Shown here piece by piece: positions 33,085 to 44,754 of a DNA stretch of 64,000 nucleotides (its first letter is position 1; every line of letters begins with the position of its first letter). The notes beneath the pieces were generated by a model. It saw only the letters and a program-made list of their open reading frames with translations, made no database searches and was not told the DNA's origin. The DNA is taken from positions 1 through 64,000 of the forward strand of contig CAWBAT010000005.1 in the NCBI GenBank assembly GCA_963786955.1. Direction: 5' to 3'. The stretch is from an uncultured Acidimicrobiia bacterium. Its GTDB lineage: Bacteria; Acidobacteriota; Terriglobia; Versatilivoradales; Versatilivoraceae. Both the position numbers and the translations under genes were made by a program.

Positions 33085-35391
33085 ATGGTAAGCTTTATTG
33101 AAACCATGCTTTTTGGATGGAAACCTAGCACCGACACCATTGATCTCTTTGTTCTCTCCGGCTTCGCTTTCGCGCAGCCTGTCTTTGATTTGCTTTCTAA
33201 GAACGCCTCTTTTCTTGTTGCCCACCAATCCAAGCCGGTCGATATTATTCTGCTTGTTTTGGCTTTGTGCCTGGTTGTTCCAGTTACACTGGTATGCCTG
33301 GAAAGCGGGGCATCACTGATTGGCCTCAGGTGCAAAAGAACCACCCATATCATTCTCGTGGCTTCTCTGGTAGAGGTAATACTGCTGCCGTTTCTGAAAC
33401 GTTTGGAATGGCTGCCTGGGATTGTCTTGCTGCTTGTCTCACTAGCGCTGGGCTTGGCTTTTGCTCTGACCTACTTGAGGTTCCGGAGCAAACGAGTATC
33501 ACTAATCATTCTCTTTCCGACGCTACTGCTTTTCCCCGTGCTGTTCCTGGTCAAATCACCTGTATACAGAGCAGTTATGGGCGGGAATAATTCCAGCGCG
33601 GTTTATCCAGAGATCCATTCGCCGCCGCCGATTGTAATGGTCATCTTCGACGAGTTCCCGCTTGTCTCTTTACTGGATGAATGGCAAGGAATCGACTACG
33701 AACTCTACCCTAATTTTGCAGCCCTCTCGAAAGGGGTCACTTGGTACCGTAATGCCACATCGGTCGCCGAAGGCACGCATAACGCCATGCCAGCGATATT
33801 GGACGGGCTGTATCCAAGCTTAGATATTCAATTGCCCAATGCCATAGATCACCCCCGGACCTTGTTTACTCTGCTCGGAGGAGCTTACGATTTCCATGTA
33901 ATTGAGAACAATACTCGGCTGTGTCCGCATCAACTGTGTGGAGACATGAAAGGGAAGATTTCGCTTTGGCGGCGGACGTATGAGCTGTGGCTGGACGTGA
34001 GCGTACTCTTTGCTTATCTTCTCCTTCCCATTGATTTGACGGCCGGTCTGCCGGATATATCGCAATCATGGAAAAACTTCAGAATTACCCCGGGTGCATC
34101 ATCCGAGGCCAAGAATTTCCTAACGAATTACCACAAGCTGATGAAGTGGGAGGACCGGCCCGCGGTATTCAAAAGATTTGTGAATTCTATCGAATATTCT
34201 TCAAGACCTACTCTGCACTTCCTGCATGTTCTCCTCCCTCATGCGCCCTGGGAATACCTGCCTTCCGGGGAGAAGCATAGTCCTGACGCAACCGTCGGCA
34301 GCGAGAGCCTCAAATCTCAAGATGGTGAGAAGTATCCCTTGCGGTGGACCAATGACTGGCCAGTAACAGCGCAAGCCTACCGGAATCATCTGCTTCAAGT
34401 TGGGCTGGTCGACCACCTGGTTGGCGAGCTTATTGATCATCTCAAAAGCATTGGACTTTACGATCCGTCTCTAATTGTGATCACGGCCGATCATGGGGTG
34501 AGCTTTCGCACTAATGAGTTCCGCAGACGGGTCTCTGCCGCCAACTATGCCGATATCATGTCCGTTCCGCTTTTTATCAAACAACCCTACCAGAAAAAAG
34601 GTCGAGTGGATGATCAGAACGTTGAAACCATCGATATTCTACCTACTATGGCTGATATCCTGGGCATTCACCTGTCGTGGAAGCTCGATGGGCAGTCAGT
34701 GCTGAACCTCCCACCATCAGCGAAGAATGAAAAGAACTTTTTTGGTGAAAACGGCAGAATCGTGATTGCCTCCCCGATGATGCAGGCAAGATCCTATGCA
34801 GTTCGGCAAAAGCTGAGGGCGGTTGGTGTGGGCGGAGGGCTGGATAATATCAACTCAATCGCTACGCCCAGTGAACTCATTGGACGGTGTGATATGCGAA
34901 TTGATGACTCCGTTCCGCCGACAAACACCCTGACTACCGCTCAATACAAGTGGGGGGATCTTATTCAATTGGCGAAGGGGGGCAACGGCAAGTTATATCA
35001 AGCTGAGGGTTGGGGAGATGCAGAACACCAATTCACCTGGATTGACGGGAAAAGGGCCAGGATTATCTTACCTATTTCCAATCCGCAGTCAGCAGTGAGC
35101 TTATGGATGCGCCTTGGCGCCTACGTGGTCCCAAGTATCGTGGATAGACAGAAGGTTCGTGTCCTGGTGAATGATCAGTTTCTAGAAGAATGGGTCATAC
35201 GATCTTCGGATTTTCACGAACGCATACTCTTCATCCCCAAAGAAATGCTCGGGAGTTCGAAGAGTCTAGTCATCACCCTGGAGGTGCCCGAAGCCGTGTC
35301 TCCACTTAACATTGGCACTGCAGCTGACCCACGTGAACTTGGAATTGCAGCAGAGTGGATGAAATTATCTTCGCAAGAAAGCTGCCAATAA
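33085..35391 (+). CDS. Membrane-anchored alkaline-phosphatase-superfamily (sulfatase-like / LTA-synthase-like) transferase
   Basis: About 5 N-terminal TM helices; IFDEFP, Thr at the nucleophile position (VAEGTHNA), HVLLPHAPW, TADHG; no CxPxR. Confidence 0.82.
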   Translation: MVSFIETMLFGWKPSTDTIDLFVLSGFAFAQPVFDLLSKNASFLVAHQSKPVDIILLVLALCLVVPVTLVCLESGASLIGLRCKRTTHIILVASLVEVILLPFLKRLEWLPGIVLLLVSLALGLAFALTYLRFRSKRVSLIILFPTLLLFPVLFLVKSPVYRAVMGGNNSSAVYPEIHSPPPIVMVIFDEFPLVSLLDEWQGIDYELYPNFAALSKGVTWYRNATSVAEGTHNAMPAILDGLYPSLDIQLPNAIDHPRTLFTLLGGAYDFHVIENNTRLCPHQLCGDMKGKISLWRRTYELWLDVSVLFAYLLLPIDLTAGLPDISQSWKNFRITPGASSEAKNFLTNYHKLMKWEDRPAVFKRFVNSIEYSSRPTLHFLHVLLPHAPWEYLPSGEKHSPDATVGSESLKSQDGEKYPLRWTNDWPVTAQAYRNHLLQVGLVDHLVGELIDHLKSIGLYDPSLIVITADHGVSFRTNEFRRRVSAANYADIMSVPLFIKQPYQKKGRVDDQNVETIDILPTMADILGIHLSWKLDGQSVLNLPPSAKNEKNFFGENGRIVIASPMMQARSYAVRQKLRAVGVGGGLDNINSIATPSELIGRCDMRIDDSVPPTNTLTTAQYKWGDLIQLAKGGNGKLYQAEGWGDAEHQFTWIDGKRARIILPISNPQSAVSLWMRLGAYVVPSIVDRQKVRVLVNDQFLEEWVIRSSDFHERILFIPKEMLGSSKSLVITLEVPEAVSPLNIGTAADPRELGIAAEWMKLSSQESCQ

Positions 35392-36075
35392 CCAGTAACC
35401 ATTATTCACCGAGTCCCACACAAGCGTTCAAAATTCAACCACTTGTCAAACAGGTAAAACATTTGCACAGGGCGGGTTCCTGACCTTAAAGGATTTCCCT
35501 ATATGAGGATACTTTTCTTGGCTAATGAAAAGATCAAGGTTTTGTTAGCCAACTCCCCAATCTCGGTGAATGTCGATAATAGGCCGAATATCTACAGCTG
35601 CCGGACACCATTGGATGGCAGAAACCGATCATGGAATTCCAAAATCATCTCTTAAAAGTCTATTCCGATTTCTCTACTGTTCGGCCTATGTGATCAAAAG
35701 TGAATGAGGTGGTGGAGGGCTGGAACGGGCAATTGCTCAAAGGATCACTTGCTGGCATAATGTGATGATAATGTCTTAAACGCTGGCTACATTAGTCTTA
35801 TGACTGAGATCCCGTTTCCTTCAGCTATGAAGGTCGGGTCGTTATCGAAGTATTTGGGCTCAGGAGGATGGTCGCACCGAATATATCGCAGCTAAAACAC
35901 ACACTGGCTGCTGCTTGACGAGCGTCATGGACCAGAGGACCAGCATTGTAATCAGCGTTGCACGAACGGTAAAGAGATGGCGCTGCGAAGGCTGACACCG
36001 TTTCCTACTATAAGAACAGGATCAAGCCGGACGATGTTCTTCTACGGATCAGGAGGCTGGGATTGGGGGGGATGA

Positions 36076-36312
36076 ATGAAAATGACTAAGAATTTGGTCA
36101 TACTTGTTGCACTAATCACTTTGCTTAATCTAGTTTTTCCGCAGCGAAGCTATGCGTATATAGATCCTGGAAGCGGAAGCTATTTTCTGCAAATCCTCGT
36201 GGCTGGATTACTAGGCCTCCTCTACTCAATCAAACTTTTCTGGGCCAGGATTCGAGTCTCGCTCGCAAAGTGGGCACCTGGCTTGAAAATTTCAAAATTT
36301 TTCAAATCGTGA
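36076..36312 (+). CDS. Small membrane protein with a YIDPGSGS motif
   Basis: AYIDPGSGSYFLQILVAG; GTGA coupling to the next gene. Confidence 0.8.
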   Translation: MKMTKNLVILVALITLLNLVFPQRSYAYIDPGSGSYFLQILVAGLLGLLYSIKLFWARIRVSLAKWAPGLKISKFFKS

Positions 36313-37742
36313 AATCAGCTCTTCCGTTCGAAAACTTGATCCACCCTTTGCGGGAATCTTTCCGAGATCCCAGTGGCTTTCTCTACCTTAGAGGTGAGAC
36401 GCTCTTGCGGCAGGTTAACTCTCGCTCCCGAGAAAACTACGACGGTTTGATGACTTCAGGCCTCTATGATCTTTTGACTCAAGCGCAATTATTGGTGGCG
36501 CATGAAGAAGAGAGGATTGAGCAGGCAGCCACGGAAGAAGCGTACAAAATTCTTCGTCCGGAGTTGATCCCATTTATCTCATATCCTTATGAATGGAGTT
36601 TCAGCCAGCTCCAAGACGCTGCGTTGCTTACCCTAAGGATCCAAAAAGAATCACTGGGGCTGGGGATGTCCCTCAAAGATTGCAGCGCGTACAACGTCCA
36701 GTTTCGAAATGGCCGACCGATTTTTATCGATATCCTCTCCTTTGAAAAATACCAGGAGGGACGACCTTGGATTGCTTACAGGCAGTTTTGCCAGCACTTT
36801 CTGGCACCCTTGGCATTAATGGCTTATACGGACGCTCGGTTAAACCAGCTCTCCCGCGTTCATATTGATGGCGTCCCCCTCGATTTGGCCAGTTCACTCT
36901 TACCTTTTCGGACACATGCTCGATTCGCGTTGCTCTTTCATATCCATCTTCACGCAAAGTCGCAGAGGCATTTCGCGAAGAGAACTGCTCAGCCAACCCG
37001 CCGCAGAGTGAGCCGGCATGAGGCTCTCGGTTTGATAGACAACCTGAAAACCGCGATTCAAAGAATGAAATGGCAGCCTCTCAGCAGTGAATGGAGTGAT
37101 TACTATGCGGCCACCAATTACAGCACTGAGGCGTTTCTCTCGAAGAAGCAACTGGTAACTCAAATCCTGAAGGAGGTCAACCCCCGCCCGTCGATCATAT
37201 GGGATCTGGGATCCAACACCGGTGAGTTTAGCCGTTTAGCCAGTGAGATGGGAATCCAAACCATTTCTTTCGATGGGGATCCTGCTTGCGTTGAAAAGAA
37301 TTATCTGGAATGTAGAAATCGCGGTGAGACACATCTCCTCCCACTTCTACTTGACTTGACCAACCCAAGCTCAGGCCTTGGCTGGGAAAACGGTGAAAGA
37401 CGGTCCATTTTAGAACGAGGGCCCGCAGATGCTGTTCTGGCCTTGGCTTTAATACACCACCTGGCCATCGCAAACAACTTGCCCTTGTCGAAAATTGCGG
37501 CTTTCTTCGGGCGGATTTGTCGTTCACTGGTTATCGAGTTTGTGCCAAAGACCGATTCACAAGCCGCAAGACTGCTAGCCACTCGAGACGACGTCTTCGA
37601 GAACTACAATCAGATGAATTTCGAGCAGGAATTCAGTGGGTTTTTTAAGATCAAATTATCGGCAAACATATCTGGCACTCAGAGAACTATCTATTGGATG
37701 GAGAAAATCATCGAGTCACAATGTGACTCTCCCCTCAGTTGA
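36309..37742 (+). CDS. NoeA-like protein: kinase-like N-terminal domain plus class I SAM methyltransferase
   Basis: SFRDPSGF, FISYPYEWSF, LKDCSAYNVQF, IFID; C-terminal WDLGSNTGEFS, LALIHHLAI, IEFVPK.D. Confidence 0.85.
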   Translation: MKSALPFENLIHPLRESFRDPSGFLYLRGETLLRQVNSRSRENYDGLMTSGLYDLLTQAQLLVAHEEERIEQAATEEAYKILRPELIPFISYPYEWSFSQLQDAALLTLRIQKESLGLGMSLKDCSAYNVQFRNGRPIFIDILSFEKYQEGRPWIAYRQFCQHFLAPLALMAYTDARLNQLSRVHIDGVPLDLASSLLPFRTHARFALLFHIHLHAKSQRHFAKRTAQPTRRRVSRHEALGLIDNLKTAIQRMKWQPLSSEWSDYYAATNYSTEAFLSKKQLVTQILKEVNPRPSIIWDLGSNTGEFSRLASEMGIQTISFDGDPACVEKNYLECRNRGETHLLPLLLDLTNPSSGLGWENGERRSILERGPADAVLALALIHHLAIANNLPLSKIAAFFGRICRSLVIEFVPKTDSQAARLLATRDDVFENYNQMNFEQEFSGFFKIKLSANISGTQRTIYWMEKIIESQCDSPLS

Positions 37743-37854
37743 GAAGCGGGAAGTCACGGTCGCCCAGTAGATAGATTCGTCCCTCCATTTTCTTGATTCT
37801 CATTTAGCTCTTTCGTTCTACCCTCCCTCAGGGTCGAGAAGAGAAAGATTCGGT

Positions 37855-40446
37855 ATGAACACTAGAACTGAGTTTGCATTAAATGCGACTGACATTTTAG
37901 TCTTGTGCGCATTTGGGATTGCGCAACCCTTCTTTGATGTGCTCTCCAAGAATTCGAGCTTTTTCGTCATCCATCGAACTTCGTCTTTAGGAATTTGTTT
38001 CGTGGCGATAGTCCTGAGTTTCTTTATCCCTGGCTTTTTGGTGGCCATTGAGGCAATGGTTAGCCTCTTGGGGAGAACAAAGCTACGTGTGACACACTCT
38101 CTCGTCGTTGCCTTTCTCATCGCTGCGGCGATTCTCCCTTTCACGAAAGGGATCCCTGGAATCAGTGGAGGTCTGAAAATGGTGGCCGTCTTATCGGCCT
38201 CATTGGCAGGTTCCTTTGCTTATATTAAATTCAGAACCCGTAGCCTTTCCTTGGTTTTTCTCCTACCAGCCGTACTTATTTTCCCCCTCTTGTTTTTGTT
38301 CCATTCTCCTGTGAGCAGGCTCCTTTTTCAAGAATCCCATTGGCAGCTGGAGGCTCATAAGGTCCGAAACCCTGCCCCCATCGTCATGGTGATCTTTGAC
38401 GAATTTCCTTTATCCTCACTCTTGAACGAAAAGAATTTGATCGATGCTATCCACTACCCCCATTTTGCCTCATTGGCAGCGGAATCCACTTGGTATCGCA
38501 ACGCCACTTCGGTCAGTGATGGCACGCTCAACGCGGTTCCAGCGATTCTCGATGGGATGTATCCGAAGCCTGGACTGGGACTACTGCCAAATGCCGATGA
38601 TCATCCTCGCAACTTATTCACACTTCTGGGAAAAAGCTATCAACTGAATGTCCACGAAAGCAATACTCGACTATGTCCGGCAGAGCTGTGCGAGGAGCAG
38701 AGTATGATCCCACTTTCGCAAAAGATTGAGAGACTGGTGGAAGATCTCTCGCTGATCTACCTTTACGTCCTTCTCCCATCGGACTTGACCCATCGCCTCC
38801 CGAGCATTTCAAATTCCTATAAAGATTTCTTGGAGACGAAGGTCAATGCTGTTCTCAATCCCGACACCCTCGACCGTTACCATGAACTCATGGAGTGGAC
38901 CGGCCGGCCGGCAGCCTTCAGTACCTTTGTTGAATCCATCTTACCTTCGAATAAACCCACGTTGCATTTCCTGCATATCCTGCTTCCTCATGCTCCCTGG
39001 CAGTTTCTTCCATCAGGGAAGAAATATACGTTTGACGATAAGATAAGGGGCGTGGTTGGACCCAACGAGATCGGAAAAGACCCAGATCAGTGGACCAGTG
39101 ACCCTTGGCCTGTAACCCAGGCGTACCAGCAACATTTACTCCAGGTAGGGTTCGTCGACCGTCTAGTGGGAGATCTGGTCAAGCACTTGAAAGATGCGGG
39201 TCTTTATGAGTCGGCTCTGATGGTTATGGTCGCCGATCATGGATCGAGCTTCCGTCCTGGTCTATCACGCAGGAAACCTTCACCCTCCAATTTCCCAGAC
39301 ATCCTCTCTGTACCTCTATTCATCAAGCTCCCCCAGCAGACCAAAGGGAAAATTGACGATCGAAATGTGGAGACTGTGGATATCCTGCCAACCATTGCCG
39401 AGCTACTCAATACAAAGATGACGGGGAAAACGGAAGGACAATCTTTTGCTTCTTCCGAATTGCCCGAGAAACCGCGGAAAACCTTCATCGTCAACACTGG
39501 CGAGCAAATCGTTCTGAACGCCAATGATTTTGCGGGTTTGGATAAAGTGGGTTACAAGATTGATTTGTTTGGACCTGTAGAAGACAAGGAATGGCTCTTT
39601 CGAGTGGGCCCAAATCATGAAATCGTGGCCCGGCCATTGAGTAGTTTCGACAAGATCGGAACATCTCAAGTCAGGTGTGAGGTGGACCGGGTTAACCACT
39701 ATAGCAATGTCAACCCGAAAGGCAACTTCTTGATAACCAGATTAGACGGTACAATTTACGATCGGAAACCAACGACTCCCACTCCCATAAATTTGGCCAT
39801 TGCGATCAATGGCGTGATCCAGGCCGTCACCACCTCATTCCGAGAGAGAGACGTTGAAAGATTCTCCGCTCTCTTGCCTGAGTCGGCGTTTCGACAAGGT
39901 CATAATAACGTAAGGGTCTTTATGACCGAATCGTCCAGTGCTTCTGTTCTCCACGAGATCTCGAAGAACAATCTTCCTGTTTATCATTGGGATTCTCTGG
40001 TCAACTTCACGACCAACGGCAATGGAAAACTATACCAAGGATTAGGGTGGGGGGAGGCAGAGGACGTCCACACCTGGACGGTGGCACGTCAAGCCCATCT
40101 TGTATTTCGCTTCCTTGCGCCGAAATCTTCGATCATTTTAACAGCCCGATATCACCCCTATCTGGCCCCTGGCAAAGTCCCGGCCCAAAAGGTAAATGTT
40201 TTTTTCAATCGCCGGCTTATTAAGGAGTCTCAGACGGACCATCCTGGCGACCAGAACTTGACTGTTTTAGTCCCACACGAATGTTTTGCCGATACAGGTG
40301 TTTCGGTCGTCACCTTTGAAATTCCCACTGCGGTTGCCCCAGCCAGCATTGGGAGGGGACCTGATGAACGTCTTTTAGGAATCGGCGTTAAATGGTTGAA
40401 GCTAACGCCCGTTAAAGGGTCGTCTGCGTCCTTACCTCCCCAATAG
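37855..40446 (+). CDS. Membrane-anchored sulfatase-like transferase (paralog of 33085-35391)
   Basis: IFDEFP, NATSVSDGTLNAVPAILDG, HILLPHAPW, VADHG; carries an extra internal domain. Confidence 0.82.
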   Translation: MNTRTEFALNATDILVLCAFGIAQPFFDVLSKNSSFFVIHRTSSLGICFVAIVLSFFIPGFLVAIEAMVSLLGRTKLRVTHSLVVAFLIAAAILPFTKGIPGISGGLKMVAVLSASLAGSFAYIKFRTRSLSLVFLLPAVLIFPLLFLFHSPVSRLLFQESHWQLEAHKVRNPAPIVMVIFDEFPLSSLLNEKNLIDAIHYPHFASLAAESTWYRNATSVSDGTLNAVPAILDGMYPKPGLGLLPNADDHPRNLFTLLGKSYQLNVHESNTRLCPAELCEEQSMIPLSQKIERLVEDLSLIYLYVLLPSDLTHRLPSISNSYKDFLETKVNAVLNPDTLDRYHELMEWTGRPAAFSTFVESILPSNKPTLHFLHILLPHAPWQFLPSGKKYTFDDKIRGVVGPNEIGKDPDQWTSDPWPVTQAYQQHLLQVGFVDRLVGDLVKHLKDAGLYESALMVMVADHGSSFRPGLSRRKPSPSNFPDILSVPLFIKLPQQTKGKIDDRNVETVDILPTIAELLNTKMTGKTEGQSFASSELPEKPRKTFIVNTGEQIVLNANDFAGLDKVGYKIDLFGPVEDKEWLFRVGPNHEIVARPLSSFDKIGTSQVRCEVDRVNHYSNVNPKGNFLITRLDGTIYDRKPTTPTPINLAIAINGVIQAVTTSFRERDVERFSALLPESAFRQGHNNVRVFMTESSSASVLHEISKNNLPVYHWDSLVNFTTNGNGKLYQGLGWGEAEDVHTWTVARQAHLVFRFLAPKSSIILTARYHPYLAPGKVPAQKVNVFFNRRLIKESQTDHPGDQNLTVLVPHECFADTGVSVVTFEIPTAVAPASIGRGPDERLLGIGVKWLKLTPVKGSSASLPPQ

Positions 40447-40823
40447 ACCTTAGGATAGGGAGGATCGGGTGATTCGAGAAGCAGCCGTTCATTGGGTCGC
40501 TCGAGTCTTGTAGGGTGGTTCCAGTGAAAGCACATCTCCCCGGAGCCTGAAGCTCTGCGTTCGCCGTTCCGAAATGCGTTTGTCTGGATGCATATGGACG
40601 TGGGGGCGGCTGGCTCGCCTTGCCCAATCAGGGAGGCCAGCGTCACAGAAAACATGAAACTGGCAAGCCACCACCAGTAAAGGATGTGCATACCGAGTGA
40701 TGTTGAGATGCAAAGCATGCTGGAAGATGTGTGATAATTCTAACTTAAGGTTACTCTCTGGCAGAGTTCGGAGAATATTTGATCCAGTCGCCACAGTATC
40801 TTCCCTGTGATCTTCCGGGGGAA

Positions 40824-42699
40824 ATGATGAATATCAAAGGAAGTCTCGGTGCTGAGTACGATGGCGCAGATCATTGCCGCTTCTGTGTCTGGGCCCCCGC
40901 AGGCAAACACTCTCGAACTTCATTTACTCGAACCGATGGATTGTTACCTGAAAATGGAGAAGAACCATTCAGGTTACTTCAGCATTGAGATTGAGGGGGT
41001 TAAGCCCGGAACCCTTTACTTGTATCGGATTGACGGTTCCATTGAACGGCCTGATCCAGCCTCAAGATTCCAGCCTCAAGGGGTGCATGGCCCCTCCCAG
41101 ATAGTCGATTCGCGTTTCACATGGGAAGACCATCAATGGCACGGTCTTCCACTTCAAAATTACATCCTATACGAGCTTCACGTAGGAGTTTTTTCGGAAG
41201 AGGGAACCTTTTCTGCCATTATTTCAAAGCTTGCTCAATTGAAATCCCTTGGAATAACCGCTATCGAGCTGATGCCAGTGGCGCAATTTTCCGGTAGCCG
41301 GAACTGGGGATATGACGGGGTCGATCTGTTTGCTCCCCAGAATTCTTACGGTGGTCCGGACGGACTCAAAGAACTAGTCAATCGGTGCCACCATCAGGGA
41401 ATTGCTGTGGTATTAGACGTCGTGTATAACCATCTAGGGCCAGAGGGAAATTACCTTGCAGACTACGGCCCTTATTTTACTAACCGATACGAGACTCCGT
41501 GGGGATCAGCCATTAACTTTGACGGGCCGAACAGCGATGATGTCCGGCACTTCTTTGTTGAGAATGCGTTGTACTGGGTCAGCGAGTTTCATATCGACGC
41601 CCTCCGTCTAGATGCAATCCATTCCATTTTCGATCATACCGCTGTTCCTTTTCTCGAAGAGCTCGGCGAGGCCGTTCACCAGCGAGCTCAAGAGCTTAAT
41701 CGTCAAATTTACGTGATACTCGAAAGCTCGCTCAATGACACTCGAGTCATCCGCGAAAGAGAATTGGGGGGATATGGACTTGACGCACAATGGAATGATG
41801 ATTTTCACCATTCTTTAAGGACACTGTTAACCAATGACCGCGCCGGATACTATTGTGATTTTGGCGAAATCCGGCAATTTGCTAAGGCATACCGTGAAGG
41901 TTACGTTTATTCGGGAGAATACTCCGGTTATCGTGGTCGTCGTCATGGAAATTCGTCAAGTTCCATTCCCGCCGAGAAGTTTGTTGTGTATTCACAAAAC
42001 CATGACCAGGTAGGAAACCGTTTGCTGGGAGATCGTCTCACCCAAATGGTTACGTTCGATGGTCTGAAACTAGCTGCCGGCGCTGTATTACTTTCCCCGT
42101 ACATCCCATTACTCTTCATGGGCGAAGAGTATGGGGAGACTGCCCCCTTCCTGTATTTTGTCAGTCACTCCGACCCCGTCTTAATCGAAGCTGTGAGGAT
42201 GGGAAGAAAAAAAGAATTTGCCTTCCTTGCCTGGAAGGGGGAGCCCCTTGACCCACAGGACGAATACGCCTTTCTGAGGTGCAAACTTGATCATCGGCTT
42301 GCAGAGAGAGAGCCGCATAAGATTCTTTTGGAATTTTATAAGGAACTCATCCGGTTGCGAAAAAGCCAACCAGCCTTGGCACTCCTGAGCAAAGAGAATA
42401 TCGAGGTCGTCGGAATGGAGGAACAAAAGGTACTTTATCTGCGGCGGTGGAATGGGGATGAAGAAATAATCTGCGTTTTCAATTTCAGCAATGGGAAAAT
42501 TTCGGTCACTCTTCCGGTCCCACCAGGTCGTTGGGTTGCCTTGCTGGATTCTTCAGAGCATCGGTGGTTGGGACCTGGAAGTTCTGTTCAGGAAGTCCAG
42601 AACTCAAAAGGAGAAGCCGTTCTTCCCTTGAATCCCAAATCTTTGGTGATGTATAAGAAGGCTGTGACAACTGAAGGGTCCCACTCAGTAAAACCTTAG
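40824..42699 (+). CDS. treZ: Malto-oligosyltrehalose trehalohydrolase (GH13); frameshift near 40900
   Basis: FCVWAP, PDPASRFQPQGVHGPS, YELHVG, RNWGYDGV, LDVVYNHLGPEGNY, LRLDAIH, QNHDQVGNR. Confidence 0.93.
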
Positions 42700-43127
42700 T
42701 CCAGCAATCAGCAAATAAGATTGAACTTTATTTTTTTCTTACAATCGGACACCGGGTGTAGAAACAACTCGCTGGGCATTGATCGTCCAGACGGTCTTTA
42801 AAATCCCCCAGCTATTTCCGCCGACTCCAAGTAGATACTTCCTGCATTCAATCCAATCAGACCCTAGCCGTAATACTGTTGTTGACCAGCCCCTGCAACC
42901 TGACAGCCCTTCACCAGTGAATCAGGGGTGAGGTCGAATGGTAATTCACTCGTGAGAATCAAGATACAAACAAATAATCAGGGAAATCACTCCAGGGCTG
43001 TATAGATCATTCAAGAGAGAGGGATTAGAATAGAAAGAGAGTGGTTAGATTCCAGCACAGGCCTGCTGGAAGGCGACAGTAGAAGGCATTCCCGCGCCAA
43101 TACGGGGGCGCTTCGAGAGGAGGTTTT

Positions 43128-43382
43128 ATGAGGTTATCTGCAAAAGCTTTGGCACTTGCTATGGGTATTCTTTGGGGAGGGCGTCTTTTGTTCGTTGGAC
43201 TCATCAACTTGGCCTCGCCTTCTTACGGGGTTAATTTTCTGGCAGGGATGAGTTCTGTCTATCCTGGGTTTCATGCCGCCCGAACTTTTGGAGACGTCTT
43301 AGTTGGCACCGGTTACGGAGTCGTCGATGGTGGTATAGGTGGTTTCCTTTTCGGTTGGCTTTACAATGTCTTCGCTGTTTGA
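43128..43382 (+). CDS. Small two-TM protein (paralog of 47632-47898)
   Basis: RBS AGGAGG; MRLSAKALA...YPGFH...VDGGIGGFLFGWLYN. Confidence 0.82.
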   Translation: MRLSAKALALAMGILWGGRLLFVGLINLASPSYGVNFLAGMSSVYPGFHAARTFGDVLVGTGYGVVDGGIGGFLFGWLYNVFAV

Positions 43383-43389
43383 GGGGCCC

Positions 43390-43520
43390 AGAAAGTTGTC
43401 GAAGTTTACGAACTAGGTAAAATCAAGGTTTATGCTCTCCAAGGGATCGATGTTGACCTTTATGATCGTGAACTTATTGTCTTACTTGGGCTCCCGGGAA
43501 ATGGCAAGAATACATTACTT
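43390..43520 (+). pseudogene. Remnant of an ABC transporter ATPase N-terminus (LolD/MacB-like)
   Basis: EVVEVYELGKIKVYALQGIDVDLYDRELIVLLGLPGNGKNTLL, a degenerate Walker A; no continuation. Confidence 0.65.
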
Positions 43521-43569
43521 CACGGAGACGTACCGGTCAGAGATACCGCGAAACCACAAAATACGTTCG

Positions 43570-44754
43570 CTAGAACCTATAGTCTGGTAGATTGATGTCG
43601 TCGCGCAGGTCGCGGCCGATGAAAAAATCCGCAAAGAACGGGATCCGCAACAGCCGGGTGACAAGGTTGCGGAAAGTGATGCCGAAGGTGCTCTTCGGGG
43701 CGAATGAGGAAGCGAATTTCGCTGCCGATTCCTGCTTGCGCTTCAGGAACGGCATCATGCGTTCCTCATAGCGAGCGAAGGCCGTGATGTGATCACCCCC
43801 GCAATCTTGAAGTTCGCCCGCGAGCACATAAGCCTCAGCCATGGCAAGCCCTGATCCTTCGCCGGCAAGGAGGGAGACACAGGCCGCGGCATCGCCGATG
43901 AGCGCGGTGCGGCCTTTTGTCCAACTATGCATTCGAATCTGGCCGACATGGTCGAAATAGACGCCGCTGGCATCCTGCATTGCCGCAAGGATCCGCGGGC
44001 ATTCCCAGCCGATATCGGCAAAAACATTTGTCAGTACCGACTTGCATTCTTGGTCGGTCGAAGGCCTTTTGATAGTCAAGTACTCGTCACGAAAAATGAA
44101 GAGAAAGAGCGTCTTGTCGTCGCGCATGGAGAACCGTGAAATCTGTCGTCCCGCGACCCCGTGGCTGACAGAGACGAGTTCATCGCGCGGTCGATAACCC
44201 TCTACCTGGAATGCGGCGACGTGATAGCCGAGTGAGAATTCAAATCTTGCTTCATGCCCGAACACAAACTGGCGGACGCGCGAATGCAGCCCGTCGGCGC
44301 CGATGACTAGATCGACTTCGCGCGGGACGGCATGATCAAAGCTGACATGCAAGTAGTTACCCTCATCTTTGATCCTAGCGATGGAGTCACCGAAGATCGT
44401 CTCGACCTTTCCGTCAATTGCACGGCAAATCGTAGCCGCAAGATCGGAGCGCCGTAGGCTCGTGAAACGGCCTTTGGTTAAGCGGTCGAAAACGTCCGTC
44501 GTGAAGCCGCCCCTCTTGCGGCCGTAGCTGTCCACGAACCGGACCTCCCTCAGCTGGTAACCCAGCTCTCTGATTCGCGGGATCAGCCCCATCTTCTCGG
44601 CGATGTCGTAGCCGACTCCCCAGAAATCGATGACATAGCCGCCGCTGCGAAACTGTGGTGACTCCTCGACGAGTAGCACCTCATGACCGGATTCCCGCAG
44701 CCAATATGCGAGTGTCGATCCGGCGATGCCGGCCCCGTTGATTGCAATCCTCAT
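43570..44754 (-). CDS. FAD-dependent monooxygenase/oxidoreductase
   Basis: MRIAINGAGIAG, GYVIDFWG, VIGADGLHSRVR, LIGDAA, GEGSGLA. Confidence 0.9.
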   Translation of the reverse strand: MRIAINGAGIAGSTLAYWLRESGHEVLLVEESPQFRSGGYVIDFWGVGYDIAEKMGLIPRIRELGYQLREVRFVDSYGRKRGGFTTDVFDRLTKGRFTSLRRSDLAATICRAIDGKVETIFGDSIARIKDEGNYLHVSFDHAVPREVDLVIGADGLHSRVRQFVFGHEARFEFSLGYHVAAFQVEGYRPRDELVSVSHGVAGRQISRFSMRDDKTLFLFIFRDEYLTIKRPSTDQECKSVLTNVFADIGWECPRILAAMQDASGVYFDHVGQIRMHSWTKGRTALIGDAAACVSLLAGEGSGLAMAEAYVLAGELQDCGGDHITAFARYEERMMPFLKRKQESAAKFASSFAPKSTFGITFRNLVTRLLRIPFFADFFIGRDLRDDINLPDYRF

